Below are positions 27,730 to 41,600 of a DNA stretch of 64,000 nt, one piece after another. Location of the stretch: positions 27,342,001-27,406,000 of the forward strand of contig NW_025963890.1 in NCBI RefSeq assembly GCF_023055435.1, in the 5' to 3' direction. This stretch comes from Haliotis rufescens (taxonomy: Eukaryota). Below the pieces are notes generated by a model. That model was not told the DNA's origin. It saw only the letters and a program-made list of their open reading frames with translations, and did no database searches. Every line of letters begins with the position of its first letter. The stretch's first letter is position 1. Both the position numbers and the translations under genes were made by a program.

Positions 27730-28019
27730 GTAAGTGGCATTCTTCTCCACAGTTTCTCGACGAAATCGAAATTGTTCACACAGATTGTTCACGTTCACAT
27801 TTTATACGATTCATAAGGAATTTATGCTGAACGAGGGTGTCAATGATGGATGGAAATCTTCATGAAATTGATATGATGATACAACACGTTCTCTATGGGC
27901 CTTTTTAGTTGATGAGACATCATTGCAGCGTCAAGATGTTTCAATTAATTTAAAACTCATATAAATTTGGGAGTGTTGCAGAATCAGTGTTACCTCATAA
28001 CTTCAGCAGCGACATTTTC

Positions 28020-28195
28020 CCACTGTCACCAACCTTAGCGGCGCACTTGTGTCACCATCCTTATCGACATCTCACTGTCACCATCCTTATCGGCATCCCA
28101 CTGTCATCATCGTCATTGACACCATACGGCCACCATCCTTATCGACACCATCACCATTACCCTCATTATAATTATCGGCATCTTACCGTCCATCA
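28020..28195. repeat. Degenerate ~25-30-bp tandem repeat (CACTGTCACCATCCTTATCG..AT)
   Basis: Repeated TGTCACCATCCTTATCG(A/G)CA units read directly. Confidence 0.65.
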
Positions 28196-28779
28196 TCAAC
28201 AAATAAAGCCACCTGTAAAACTATATTATCATGATGATATCGTCTGAATGACCGTGTAGCCGAATTTGAGAAATGTTGTTGAAGGGAATTCTATAAGCCT
28301 AAGTAGTACAAGCAGATATTCTGTCTACAGGCCTTCAAAGGCGGTTTGTTGAATTACGGATTCGCCATTGTTTTGTATTGATTCTAAACAAGTAACCTGC
28401 CGTGTTCAATTCAACAATCCTGAGAAACTGTAGGCACTACAGGGCCAAAGCTTAACGTTACAGGTAATACCCCCACCATCCCACCCCAACCCCCCGCCCT
28501 ATCCATCTCCACACATTAACAACCACCGCCAACCCACAACAGTGTCACCCGAACGCTACCCCGTCCATGACAAGCATTGCTCCTCTTCTGGGCCCAACAT
28601 TTGATGTTGTGATAGGGGCCTGGGATCTGAAAATTGTTTAAGATAAACTTTTCGAAATTACAGGGAAAAAATACTTTGCCAACAGGTTATTCCAAACAAA
28701 ATAAATCTCACAATATGTGCGAAAAATATTCTGTCTCAAACTTTTCAAACTTACTTAAGGTATTATTAGTTTGAGTATC

Positions 28780-29012
28780 TACGATCGAAACCTGACTCGT
28801 TAGGCTTCGAGTGAAATTTACAGGTATGGGAGCTACGATCAAAACCTGACTCGTTCGGCTTCGAATGAGATTTACAGGTATCTGATCTACGATCGAAACC
28901 TGACTCGTTCGGCTTCAAGTGAGATGTACAGGTATGGGAGCTACGACGATCGAAACCTGACTCGTTCGGCTTAGAGTGAGATTTACAGGTATCGGATCTA
29001 CGATCGAAACCT
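28780..29012. repeat. 54-bp minisatellite, ~4.3 copies, alternating dimer
   Basis: Units TACGATCGAAACCTGACTCGTTCGGCTTCGAGTGAGATTTACAGGTAT... start at 28780, 28834, 28888, 28942 and 28999. Confidence 0.9.
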
Positions 29013-32000
29013 CATTTTGGGTTTTACCCCCAGTCATGGAAAAACGGAATTGTGATATCTCAAAAGGTTGCAGTATATGTCGGCATTCATGCGACACCTG
29101 ACATCACCAGCAGCGGTGGTCCATTGAATGGCTTAGCCGTGATTACCCATTACTGCTGCTTATGTGTAACTGCTACCTTCGTAGTCCAACTCAGTAGTAC
29201 CTCTTTTAAAACTATAATATATTGATGAGAAGTAGGAATCAACAGGACATCTCAGAAAAGAGCTTTAACATAATACAATGTCATTAGTCGATGTCATCAA
29301 TAGATGAATTTCATGTCGATTAGTATGCAAAAGGTCACGACGATTCATGAAATTTGTCTACAAAGCAGTTGTAAAGCAAAGCAAAGTCGTCTGGTAATTG
29401 TTGTGTTACTTCATCTCACAGTTTTGTTTCAACATTTAGCAGAGTATTCATTGCCAGCATGTTAGACAAAAAGTACCTTAGATGCAGCAGTTCATAATAA
29501 GACTTCGCCACTTGCCCCGTCATATGAAATCTCGCTTGACAAAATACTAACTACATGTAGCTATAAGTCTCAATTCATAATTTCCATATATAAATGTAAT
29601 TAGTGGTGATTCCTCTATGTTTATGTACATAATATTATTACATTCACGTCAGACATAACAAATTTGTGCGTTAAGCGACCCAAGGTTTAGTTACGATTTA
29701 TTTAGTTAAATAACACAGACATACAACACATGCATTTCACAAAGAAAGTGATCTTAACTTATTTCTTCAGTGATTCTGAATTTGATGGCACAATGAACTT
29801 GATTTTGTCATGTCGTGAAATGAACGTGGCAGAACATAATGTTTTCTCCAGACTGTGAAATAAAGATATCAAATGCTGAAGTAGCTTGCAACTATTAGCC
29901 AACGTTAATGTAAAAGGTGACCCTGAATACTCGCTATTTAACAAATTAGTTCTCATTTGGCCCACTTTTGTTTTTTGTTTCTTATTCATAGGTGATACAT
30001 TGAATAACCTATTATTTACTAGTCATGTAAGTCAGTTTTTTTAATTGAGCAGACACTTCAACTCAAGTGCGTATGTTACTTATTCAACAATAATATACAA
30101 TAATCAAAAGCGTAATCTTTTGTCCTGCTTATATCCCGATGTGTTATTGATTACAGCAATTGTTGGGAGTTTGTAAGGTATCTGTCTTAACAGTGCTGGG
30201 TATTTTAGCATTGTATGTGCACAAAAACCGCGAAACGTTTGATTTGAAAGTCGTGGCAATGAGGATCGGGACATGTTGGCCCGTGGCATCTTAAAGTAGC
30301 TGCGCTATAAAGAGGCTTTGAGCCAATTAATTTGTAAATGTGCAACACCATACGCAACTGCTAGAGTGATTTTGCAATAAGATGAGATTGCTTAGGAAAA
30401 ACACACACCCCAACCCACCCCGGTTATCTTACCACCTTCATGTACATCATCAACACCCATGCCGCTGGTTCACTCGTCCATGCAAACATTGCTAGGGTTA
30501 TGGGTCATGCTATAATAACGTTCATTCAACAAATCATACATCCATAATGATTTATATGATGACATCCATCAGCCAAGTCCGAGGGCCGTGGGTTGCTGAA
30601 GACGAGTGCTCCTGGGGTCATGTGTATCTCAGTATGTTCATTAATAGTGTCATGTATACACCTTTTTAATGTCTTACATTGTGACCTTGCATTCTACTAA
30701 ACACAGATACTGTATGTGCAAGACTTCATTATACTGACAATACCAAACCATAAACCTACATGTAATTTATTGGTCTAGTTATGATTTATCGACGAAGTAA
30801 GACTTTGTTGTTGCCATAGTGAAATAATATTTCATGCTAACCAAAAATATATACTGTTAAAAAATAGATTTTGTTGGCGATGATGATTAATGGCTGTTGG
30901 TGAACTGTTTAAAACACTTAGTGCGTGTTACACATCGTATCGAAATGTTTTCTGACAGCAGAGTTTCACCTTTAATTGTTGTTACATTTATGTTTACTGT
31001 CTATGTGCAACACACAAAGTACTTTCGCAATACCTATTTCATGTACCCACATTACATCATACAAATGCAGGGTTACTGTCTTGACAACACACCATGTAAA
31101 TGTAGGGTCACTGTGTCTTGACAACACATCATGTAAATGTAGGGTCACTGTGTCTTGACAACACATCATGTAAATATAGGGTCACTGTGTCTTGACAACA
31201 CACTGTGTAAATGTAGGGTCACTGTGCCTTGACAACACACGATGTAAATGTAGGGTCATTGTGTCTTGACAACACACCATGTAAATGTAGGGTCACTGGG
31301 TCTTTACAACACATCATGTAAATGTAGGGTCACTGTGTCTTGACAACACACTGTGTAAATGTAGGGTCATTGTGTCTTGACAACACACCATGTAAATGTA
31401 GGGTCACTGTGTCTTGACAACACACCGTGTTAATGTAGGGTCATTGTGTCTTGACAACACACCATGTAAATGTAGGGTCACTGTGTCTTGACAACACACC
31501 ATGTAAATGTAGGGTCACTGTGTCTTGACAACACACCGTGTAAATGTAGGGTCATTGTGTCTTGACAACACACCATGTAAATGTAGGGTCACTGTGTCTT
31601 GATAACACACCGTGTTAATGTAGGGTCATTGTGTCTTGTCAACACATCATGTAAATGTAGGGTCATTGTGGCTTGACAACACACCGTGTTAATGTAGGGT
31701 CATTGTGTCTTGACAACACACCATGTAAATGTAGGGTCATTGCGTCTTGTCAATACACCATGTAAATGTAGGGTCATTGTGTCTTGACAACACACCATGT
31801 AAATGTAGGGTCATTGTGTCTTGACAACCCACCATGTAAATGTAGGGTCACTGTGTCTTGACAACACACCGTGTAAATGTAGAGTCATTGTGTCTTGTCA
31901 ATACACCATGTAAATGTAACATCACTGTGTCTTGTCAATACACCATGTAAATGTAGGGTCACTGTATCTTGACAACACACCGTGTAAATGTAGGGTCATT

Positions 32001-33934
32001 GTGTCTTGACAACACACCGTGTAGATGTAGGGTCATTGTGTCTTGACAACACACCATGTAAATTTAGGGTCACTGTATCTTGACAACACACTGTGTAAAT
32101 GTAGGGTCATTGTGTCTTGACAACACACCATGTAAATATAGGGTCACTGTGTCTTGACAACACACTGTGTAAATGTAGGGTCACTGTGCCTTGACAACAC
32201 ACGATGTAAATGTAGGGTCATTGTGTCTTGACAACACACCATGTAAATGTAGGGTCACTGGGTCTTTACAACACATCATGTAAATGTAGGGTCACTGTGT
32301 CTTGACAACACACTGTGTAAATGTAGGGTCATTGTGTCTTGACAACACACCATGTAAATGTAGGGTCACTGTGTCTTGACAACACACCGTGTTAATGTAG
32401 GGTCATTGTGTCTTGACAACACACCATGTAAATGTAGGGTCACTGTGTCTTGACAACACACCATGTAAATGTAGGGTCACTGTGTCTTGACAACACACCG
32501 TGTAAATGTAGGGTCATTGTGTCTTGACAACACACCATGTAAATGTAGGGTCACTGTGTCTTGATAACACACCGTGTTAATGTAGGGTCATTGTGTCTTG
32601 TCAACACATCATGTAAATGTAGGGTCATTGTGGCTTGACAACACACCGTGTTAATGTAGGGTCATTGTGTCTTGACAACACACCATGTAAATGTAGGGTC
32701 ATTGCGTCTTGTCAATACACCATGTAAATGTAGGGTCATTGTGTCTTGACAACACACCATGTAAATGTAGGGTCATTGTGTCTTGACAACCCACCATGTA
32801 AATGTAGGGTCACTGTGTCTTGACAACACACCGTGTAAATGTAGAGTCATTGTGTCTTGTCAATACACCATGTAAATGTAACATCACTGTGTCTTGTCAA
32901 TACACCATGTAAATGTAGGGTCACTGTATCTTGACAACACACCGTGTAAATGTAGGGTCATTGTGTCTTGACAACACACCGTGTAGATGTAGGGTCATTG
33001 TGTCTTGACAACACACCATGTAAATTTAGGGTCACTGTATCTTGACAACACACCGTGTAAATGTAGGGTCACTGTGTCTTGACAACACACCGTGTAAATG
33101 TAGGGTCACTGTGTCTTGACAACACACCATGTAGATGTAGGGTCACTGTGTCTTGACAATACACCATGTAAATGTAGGGTCACTGTGGCTTGACAACACA
33201 CCATGTACATGTAGGGTCACTGTGTCTTGTCAACACACCATGTAAATGTAGGGTCATTGTGTCTTGACAACACACCATGTAAATGTAGGGTCATTGTGTC
33301 TTGACAACACACCATGTAAATGTAGGGTCATTGTGTCTTGACAACACACCGTGTTAATGTAGGGTCATTGTGTCTTGACAACACACCATGTAAATGTAGG
33401 GTCACTGTGTCTTGACAACACACCGTTTAAATGTAGGGTCATTGTGTCTTGACAACACACCGTGTAAATGTAGGGTCATTGTCTCTTGTCAACACACCAT
33501 GTAAATGTAGGGTCATTGTGTCTTGACAACACACCATGTAAATGTAGGGTTAGTGTGTCTTGACAACACACCATGTAAATGTAGGGTCACTGCGTCTTGA
33601 CAACACACCATGTAAATGTAGGGTCATTGTGTCCTGACAACACACCGTGTAAATGTAGGGTATTTGTGTCTTGACAAAAGACCGTGTAAATGTATATGAA
33701 AGCGACAAATCCCTTTCCATATTCATAGGAAATTGTACGTTTCCGACTATATCGTGAGCATGTGTTTATGAGTCACTATAACATAGTGATGATACCAGGT
33801 GTACGCGAAATGGTGAGCATATCCTGCACCACCGGTGGTACCAGTCACAAACACATGCAAATGCAAGTTAATTGTTCTCCTGGCTTGCATCGGACATCAT
33901 TTTTGTCACTGATGCGTCGATAGAAGGTCCCACC

Positions 33935-34105
33935 TTAAAACATTTTGTAAGCTTTAGCGAGGTCTTGAATGCCAGAGTAGTATGACACTCTTTGAAATTT
34001 TGGTAGAAAGAGCATGCTCGATTGTATCTCAAAAGTTGTGAAAAGTAAACACCAAAAGCGTGAGCTGCTGGAATATTGCTCGACATGAAGGGAAAGTTGA
34101 CTTTT
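33935..34105 (-). pseudogene. Fragment of Penelope-like element ORF (post-RT region), copy 1
   Basis: SSNIPAAHAFGVYFSQLLRYNRACSFYQNF matches the recalled SNIP..PAYGVYISQLIRY.RACS.Y.DF motif of invertebrate Penelope-like ORFs. Confidence 0.65.
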
Positions 34106-34975
34106 GGAAGTCCTGAAGTCAGTGTGTCCTAACAGCACGCCATGTAAATATAGACTTCTCAAAACACACTACGTAAATGTAGGATCATTGTGTCTTGACA
34201 ACAGAACATGTGAATGTTCGTCTATTGTGTCTTGACAATACACCATGTAAATGTAAGATCACTGTGTCTTGTCAATACACCGTGTAAATGTAGGGTCACT
34301 GTGTCTTGACAACACACCGTGTAAATGTAGGGTCATTGTGTCTTGACAATACACCATGTAAATGTAGGGTCACTGTGTCTTGACAACACACCATGTAAAT
34401 GTAGGGTCATTGTCTCTTGTCAATACACCATGAAAATGTAGGGTCACTGTGATTTGACAACACACCATGTAAATGTAGGGTCATTGTGTCTTGACAACAC
34501 ACCATGTAAATATAGGGTCATTGTGTCTTGACAACACACCGTGTAAATGTAGGGTCATTGTGTCTTGACAACACACCATGTAAATGTAGGGTCATTGTGT
34601 CTTGACAACACACCATGTAAATGTAGGGTCACTGTGTCTTGACAACACACCATGTAAATGTCGGGTCATTGTGTCCTGACAACACACCTGTAAATGTAGG
34701 GTATTTGTGTCTTGACAAAAGACCGTGTAAATGTATATGAAAGCGACAAATCCCTTTCCATATTCATAGGAAATTGTACGTTTCCGACTATATCGTGAGC
34801 ATGTGTTTATGAGTCACTATAACATAGTGATGATACTAGGTGTACGCGAAATGGTGAGCATATCCTGCACCACCGGTGGTACCAGTCACAAACACATGCA
34901 AATGCAAGTTAATTGTTCTCCTGGCTTGCATCGGACATCATTTTTGTCACTGATGCGTCGATAGAAGGTCCCACC

Positions 34976-35146
34976 TTAAAACATTTTGTAAGCTTTAGCG
35001 AGGTCTTGAATGCCAGAGTAGTATGACACTCTTTGAAATTTTGGTAGAAAGAGCATGCTCGATTGTATCTCAAAAGTTGTGAAAAGTAAACACCAAAAGC
35101 GTGAGCTGCTGGAATATTGCTCGACATGAAGGGAAAGTTGACTTTT
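34976..35146 (-). pseudogene. Fragment of Penelope-like element ORF, copy 2 (1041-bp tandem duplication)
   Basis: Translation identical to copy 1, offset by 1041 bp. Confidence 0.65.
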
Positions 35147-35456
35147 GGAAGTCCTGAAGTCAGTGTGTCCTAACAGCACGCCATGTAAATATAGACTTCT
35201 CAAAACACACTACGTAAATGTAGGATCATTGTGTCTTGACAACAGAACATGTGAATGTTCGTCTATTGTGTCTTGACAATACACCATGTAAATGCAGAGT
35301 CATTGTGTTTTGAGAATACATCATGTAAATGTAGGGTAATTGTGTCTTGACATCGCACCTTGTAAATGTTGGGTCATTGCGTATTAACAATACCCCATGT
35401 CAATCGGTTTCACACTTTCTTGACAATATACCATGTAAATGCAGGGTCATTGTGTC

Positions 35457-35604
35457 CTAAGGACGATGGGCTAGCCTAGTGGTTAAAGCGTTCGTGCGTC
35501 ACGCCGAAAGCCCGGGTTCGATTTCCCACATGGGTTAAATGTGTGAAGCCCATTACTGGTGGAATACTGCTAAAAGCGGAATAAAACCATGCTTAATCAA
35601 TCAA
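35457..35604 (+). mobile_element. tRNA-derived SINE, family A, inserted in the 37-bp satellite
   Basis: A box TAGCCTAGTGG, B box GGTTCGATTTCC, tail (AATC)n. TSD TCATTGTGTC at 35447-35456 and 35605-35614. Confidence 0.85.
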
Positions 35605-35679
35605 TCATTGTGTCTTGACAATACACCATGAGAACGTAAACCCACTATATCCTGACAATAGACCAGATGTTATGCATCC

Positions 35680-38600
35680 TGAACTGTTACTCACAGACCC
35701 TGCATCCTGACACACGTTACACACATGCCCTCCATCCTGGCACCCGTTAACCACAGGCTTTGTTCCTTGACACACGTTACACGCAGATACTGCATCCTAA
35801 CACACGTTATACGCGGGCCCTGCATCCTGGCACACGTTAAACAAAGGCTTTCTTCCTTGACACACGTTACACGTCTTGCATTCAAACACGTTACACACAG
35901 GTCCTGGAACCTGACGAACATTACACACAGGTCCTGCAACCTGGCACAGATTACACACACGCTCTGTATTTTGACACACATTACACAAAGGCCCTGCATC
36001 CTGGCACCCGTTAAACAAAGGCTTTTTTCCTTGACACACGTAACCCGCAGATTCTGCATCCTGACACACGTTACACACAGGCCTGCATCCTGAAACAGGT
36101 AACACACATTCACTGCACCCTGACACGTTACACACATGCCCTACATCCTGGCACACGTTACACATATATCCTGCATCCTGACACACATTGCACACATGTC
36201 CTACACTGCATCCTGACACACGTTACACACAGGTCCTGCATCCTGACAAACGTTACCCACAGACCATGCATCCTGACACACGTTAAACACAGGCCCATCA
36301 TCCTGACACACGTTACACACAGATCACGCATCTTGACGCACATTACACAGCTGTTCTGCATCCTGACACACGTTACACACAGGCCCTGCATCTTTGCACG
36401 TTGCGTCTAGGCAGCGCATCCTGGCATATGTTACACATAGGCCCTGCATCCAGACACACGTTATACACAGGCCCTGCATCCTCACACACATTACACACAG
36501 ACACTGCATCCTGACATGATACACTCGGGCACTACATCCTGTCACCAGTTACACTATACACAGGCATCGTATCCTGACACGTTACACACAGATCACACAT
36601 CTTGACGCACGTTACTCACTAACCCTGCATCCTGGTCCTTCATCCTGGCACGTTACACACAGGTTCTGTATCCTGACACGTTGCTCACAGACCATGTATC
36701 TTCACGCACGTTACACACAGGTCGCATCATGAAAAAGATAACACACAGGGACTGCACCCTGACACGTTACACACAGGCCCTGCATCCTGGCACATGTTTT
36801 ACACAAATGTCCTGCATCCTGACACACGTTACACACAGGTCCTGCATCCTGGCACACGTTACACACAGGTCCTGCATCCTGAAACACGTTACCCACAGAC
36901 CCTGCGTCCTGACACACGTCGATAACAGGCCATGCATCCTGACACACGTTACTCACAGGTCCTGTATCCTGACGCACGTTAAACACAGTACCTGCATCCT
37001 GACACACATTACACACAGGTCATCCATCTTGACACACGTTAAACACAGGCCCTGCATCCTGACACACTGGTCTTGCATTCTGACACGATACACACAGGTC
37101 CTGCATCCTGGCACAGGTTACACACAGGCCCTGCGTCCTAACACGTTACACACAGGTCCTGCATTCTTACACACTTTACACAAAGGCCCTGCATCCTGGC
37201 ACCCGTTAAACAAAGGCTTTGTTCCTTGACACACGTTACACGCATATTCTGCATCCTAACACACGTTACTCACAGACCCTACATCTTGACTCACGTTAAG
37301 CACAGTCCCTGCATTCTGACACACGTTACACACAGGTCACCCATCTTGAAGCATGTAACACACATCTCCTGCAACCTGACACACGTTACACACAGGCCAC
37401 CCATTTTGGCGCACCTTAAACATATGTTCTGCATCCTGACACAAGTCACACACAGACCCTGCATCCTGACACACGTCACACACAGACCATGCATCCTGAC
37501 ACACGTTACACACAGGTCACCCATCTTGACACACGTTACTCACACTTGACCCAAAGGCCCTGCATCTTCGCACCCGTAACACAAAGGCTTTCTTCCTTGA
37601 CACACTACAGGACCTGAATTCTGGCACACGACACACACTGGTCCTGCATCCTGGCCGCGCATCCTGACGCACCTTACACACAGGCCCAGTATTCTGACAC
37701 ACGTTACACACAGGTCACCCATCTTGACGCACCTTACACAGATGTTCTGCATCCTGACACACGTTAAACACAGACCCTGCATCGTGACACACGTAACACA
37801 CAAATCACCCATCTTGACACGAGTTAAACACAGGACCTGCATCCTGACACACGTAACTCACAGGCCCTGTATCCTGACATACGTTACACACAGGCCCAGT
37901 ATTCTGACACACGTTACTCACAGGCCCTGTATCCCGACACACGTTACACACAGGCCACCCATCTTGACGCACCTTACACAGATGTTCTGCATCCTGACAC
38001 ACGTTAAACACAGACCCTGCATCGTGACACACCTTACTCACAGGCCCTGCTTCCTGATACAGGTAACACACAGGCACTGCATCCTGGCACACGTAACACA
38101 CAGGCACTGCATCATGGCACATGTAACACACAGGCAATGCATCCTGACATACGTTACACACAAGACCTGAATCCTGGCACACGACACACACTGGTCCTGC
38201 ATCCTGGCCGCGCATCCTGACATACCTTACACACAGGTCCTGTGTCCTGACACACGTTACCCACAGTCCCCGCATCCTAACGCGCGTTAAGCACAGGCCC
38301 CGCATCCTGACACACATTACACACAGGTCATCCATCTTGACGCACCTTACACAGATATTCTGCACCCTGACACACGTAAAACACAGACCCTGCATCGTGA
38401 CACACGTTACACACAGGTCACCCATCTTAACACACATTAAACACAGGCCCTGCATCCTGACACACGTTACACACAGGACACACATCTTGACGCACCTTAA
38501 ACAAATGTTCTGCACCCTGACACACGTTACACACAGACCCTACATCCTGACACACGTTACACAGATGTTCTGCATCCTGACACGCTCACAGACCATGTAT

Positions 38601-41600
38601 CTTCACGCACGTTACACTGAGGTCCTGCATCCTGACACACGTTACACAGAGGTCGCCCATCTTGACGCACGTTACACATATGTTTTGCACCCTGACACAC
38701 ATTACACACCGGCCCTGCATCCTGACACACGTTACCCATAGACCCTGCATCCTAACACAGATTGAACACAGGTCCTGCATCCTGACACACGTTACACGCA
38801 GGTCACGCATCTTGACGCACATAACTCAGATGTTCTGCATCCTGACACACGTTACACACAGGCCCTGCATCTTGACACGTTACGCCTAGGCCATGCATCC
38901 TGGCATATGTTACACAAAGACCCTGCGTCCTGACACACGTCAGGACCGGGTCCTGCATCCTGGCACATGTTACACACTGGCCCTGCATCCCGACACACGT
39001 CAAGACCAGGTCCTGCATCCTGACACACGTTTCACACAGGCCCTGCATCCTTACACACATTACACACAGACCCTGCATCCTGACACGATACACTAATGCT
39101 CTACACCCTGACACCCGTTACACACAGGCACAGTATCCTGACACGTTACACACATGTCACGCATCTTGACGCACGTTACACAAATCTTTTGAATCCTGAC
39201 ACACGTTACACACGTGTCACGCAGTTTAAGGCAACTTACACACAGGTATTGCATACTGACACGTTACACAGGCCCTGAATCCTGGCACACGTTACACACA
39301 GGCCCTTTATCCTGGCACACGTTACTCACAGACCCTGCGTCCTGACACAAGTTGATCACAGACCATGCACCCTGACACACGTTACTCACATGTCCTGTAT
39401 CCTGACGCGCGTTAAACACAGTACCTGCATCCTGACACATGTTACACACTGGTCATGCATCCTGACACCTAACCAACAGACCCTGCATCCTAACACATGT
39501 TACACACAGGCCCTGCATCCTGGCACACGTTACACACTGGTCCTGCATTCTGACACCTGACTCACAGACCCTGCATCCTAACACATGTTACACACAGGCC
39601 CTGCATCCTGGCACACGTTACACACTGGTCCTGCATTCTGACACCTTACTCACAGACCCTGCATCCTAACACTTGTTACATACAGGCCCTGCATCCTGGC
39701 ACACGTTACACACTGGTCCTGCATTCTGACACCTTTCTCACAGACCCTGCATCCTAACACATGTTACACACGGGCCCTGCATCCTGGCACACGTTACACA
39801 CTGGTCCTGCATTCTGACACCTTACTCACAGACCCTGCATCCTAACACTTGTTACACACAGGCCCTGCATCGTGGCACACGTTATATACAGGTCACCCAT
39901 CTTGACGCACCTTACACAGATGTTCTGCATCCTGACACACGTTAAACACAGACCCTGCATCGTGACACACGTAACACACAAATTACCCATCTTGACACGA
40001 GTTAAACACAGGACCTGCATCCTGACACACGTAACTCACAGGCCCTGTATCCTGACATACGTTACACACAGGCCCAGTATTCTGACACACGTTACACACA
40101 GGCCCTGTATCCCGACACACGTTACACACAGGCCACCCATCTTGACGCACCTTACACAGATGTTCTGCATCCTGACACACGTTAAACACAGACCCTGCAT
40201 CGTGACACACCTTACTTACAGGCCCTGCTTCCTGATACAGGTAACACACAGGCACTGCATCCTGGCACACGTAACACACAGGCACTGCATCATGGCACAT
40301 GTAACACACAGGCAATGCATCCTGACATACGTTACACACAAGACCTGAATCCTGGCACACGACACACACTGGTCCTGCATCCTGGCCGCGCATCCTGACA
40401 TACCTTACACACAGGTCCTGTATCCTGACACACGTTACCCACAGTCCCCGCATCCTAACGCGCGTTAAGCACAGGCCCCGCATCCTGACACACATTACAC
40501 ACAGGTCATTCACTTGACGCACCTTACACAGATATTCTGCACCCTGACACACGTAAAACACAGACCCTGCATCGTGACACACGTTACACACAGGTCACCC
40601 ATCTTAACACACGTTAAACACAGGCCCTGCATCCTGACACACGTTACACACAGGACACACATCTTGACGCACCTTAAACAAATGTTCTGCACCCTGACAC
40701 ACGTTACACACAGACCCTACATCCTGACACACGTTACACAGATGTTCTGCATCCTGACACGCTCACAGACCATGTATCTTCACGCACGTTACACTGAGGT
40801 CCTGCATCCTGACACACGTTACACAGAGGTCGCCCATCTTGACGCACGTTACACATATGTTTTGCACCCTGACACACATTACACACCGGCCCTGCATCCT
40901 GACACACGTTACCCATAGACCCTGCATCCTAACACAGATTGAACACAGGTCCTGCATCCTGACACACGTTACACGCAGGTCACGCATCTTGACGCACATA
41001 ACTCAGATGCTCTGCATCCTGACACACGTTACACACAAGCCCTGCATCTTGACACGTTACGCCTAGGCCATGCATCCTGGCATATGTTACACACAGACCC
41101 TGCGTCCTGACACACGTCAGGACCGGGTCCTGCATCCTGGCACATGTTACACACTGGCCCTGCATCCCGACACACGTCAAGACCAGGTCCTGCATCCTGA
41201 CACACGTTTCACACAGGCCCTGCATCCTGACACACGTTACACACAAGCCCTGCATCTTGACACGTTACGCCTAGGCCATGCATCCTGGCATATGTTACAC
41301 ACAGACCCTGCGTCCTGACACACGTCAGGACCGGGTCCTGCATCCTGGCACATGTTACACACTGGCCCTGCATCCCGACACACGTCAAGACCAGGTCCTG
41401 CATCCTGACACACGTTTCACACAGGCCCTGCATCCTGACACACATTACACACAGACCCTGCATCCTGACACGATACACTAATGCTCTACATCCTGACACC
41501 CGTTACACACAGGCACAGTATCCTGACACGTTACACACATGTCACGCATCTTGACGCACGTTACACAAATCTTTTGAATCCTGACACACGTTACACACGT

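Larger units (their letters stand above)
31055..35630. repeat. Satellite array, 37-bp monomer, interrupted by two copies of a TE-derived insert and by a SINE
   Basis: Consensus CATGTAAATGTAGGGTCA(C/T)TGTGTCTTGACAACACAC. A 962-bp (26-mer) duplication is marked by variant GATGTAAATG at 31241 and 32203. Confidence 0.97.
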
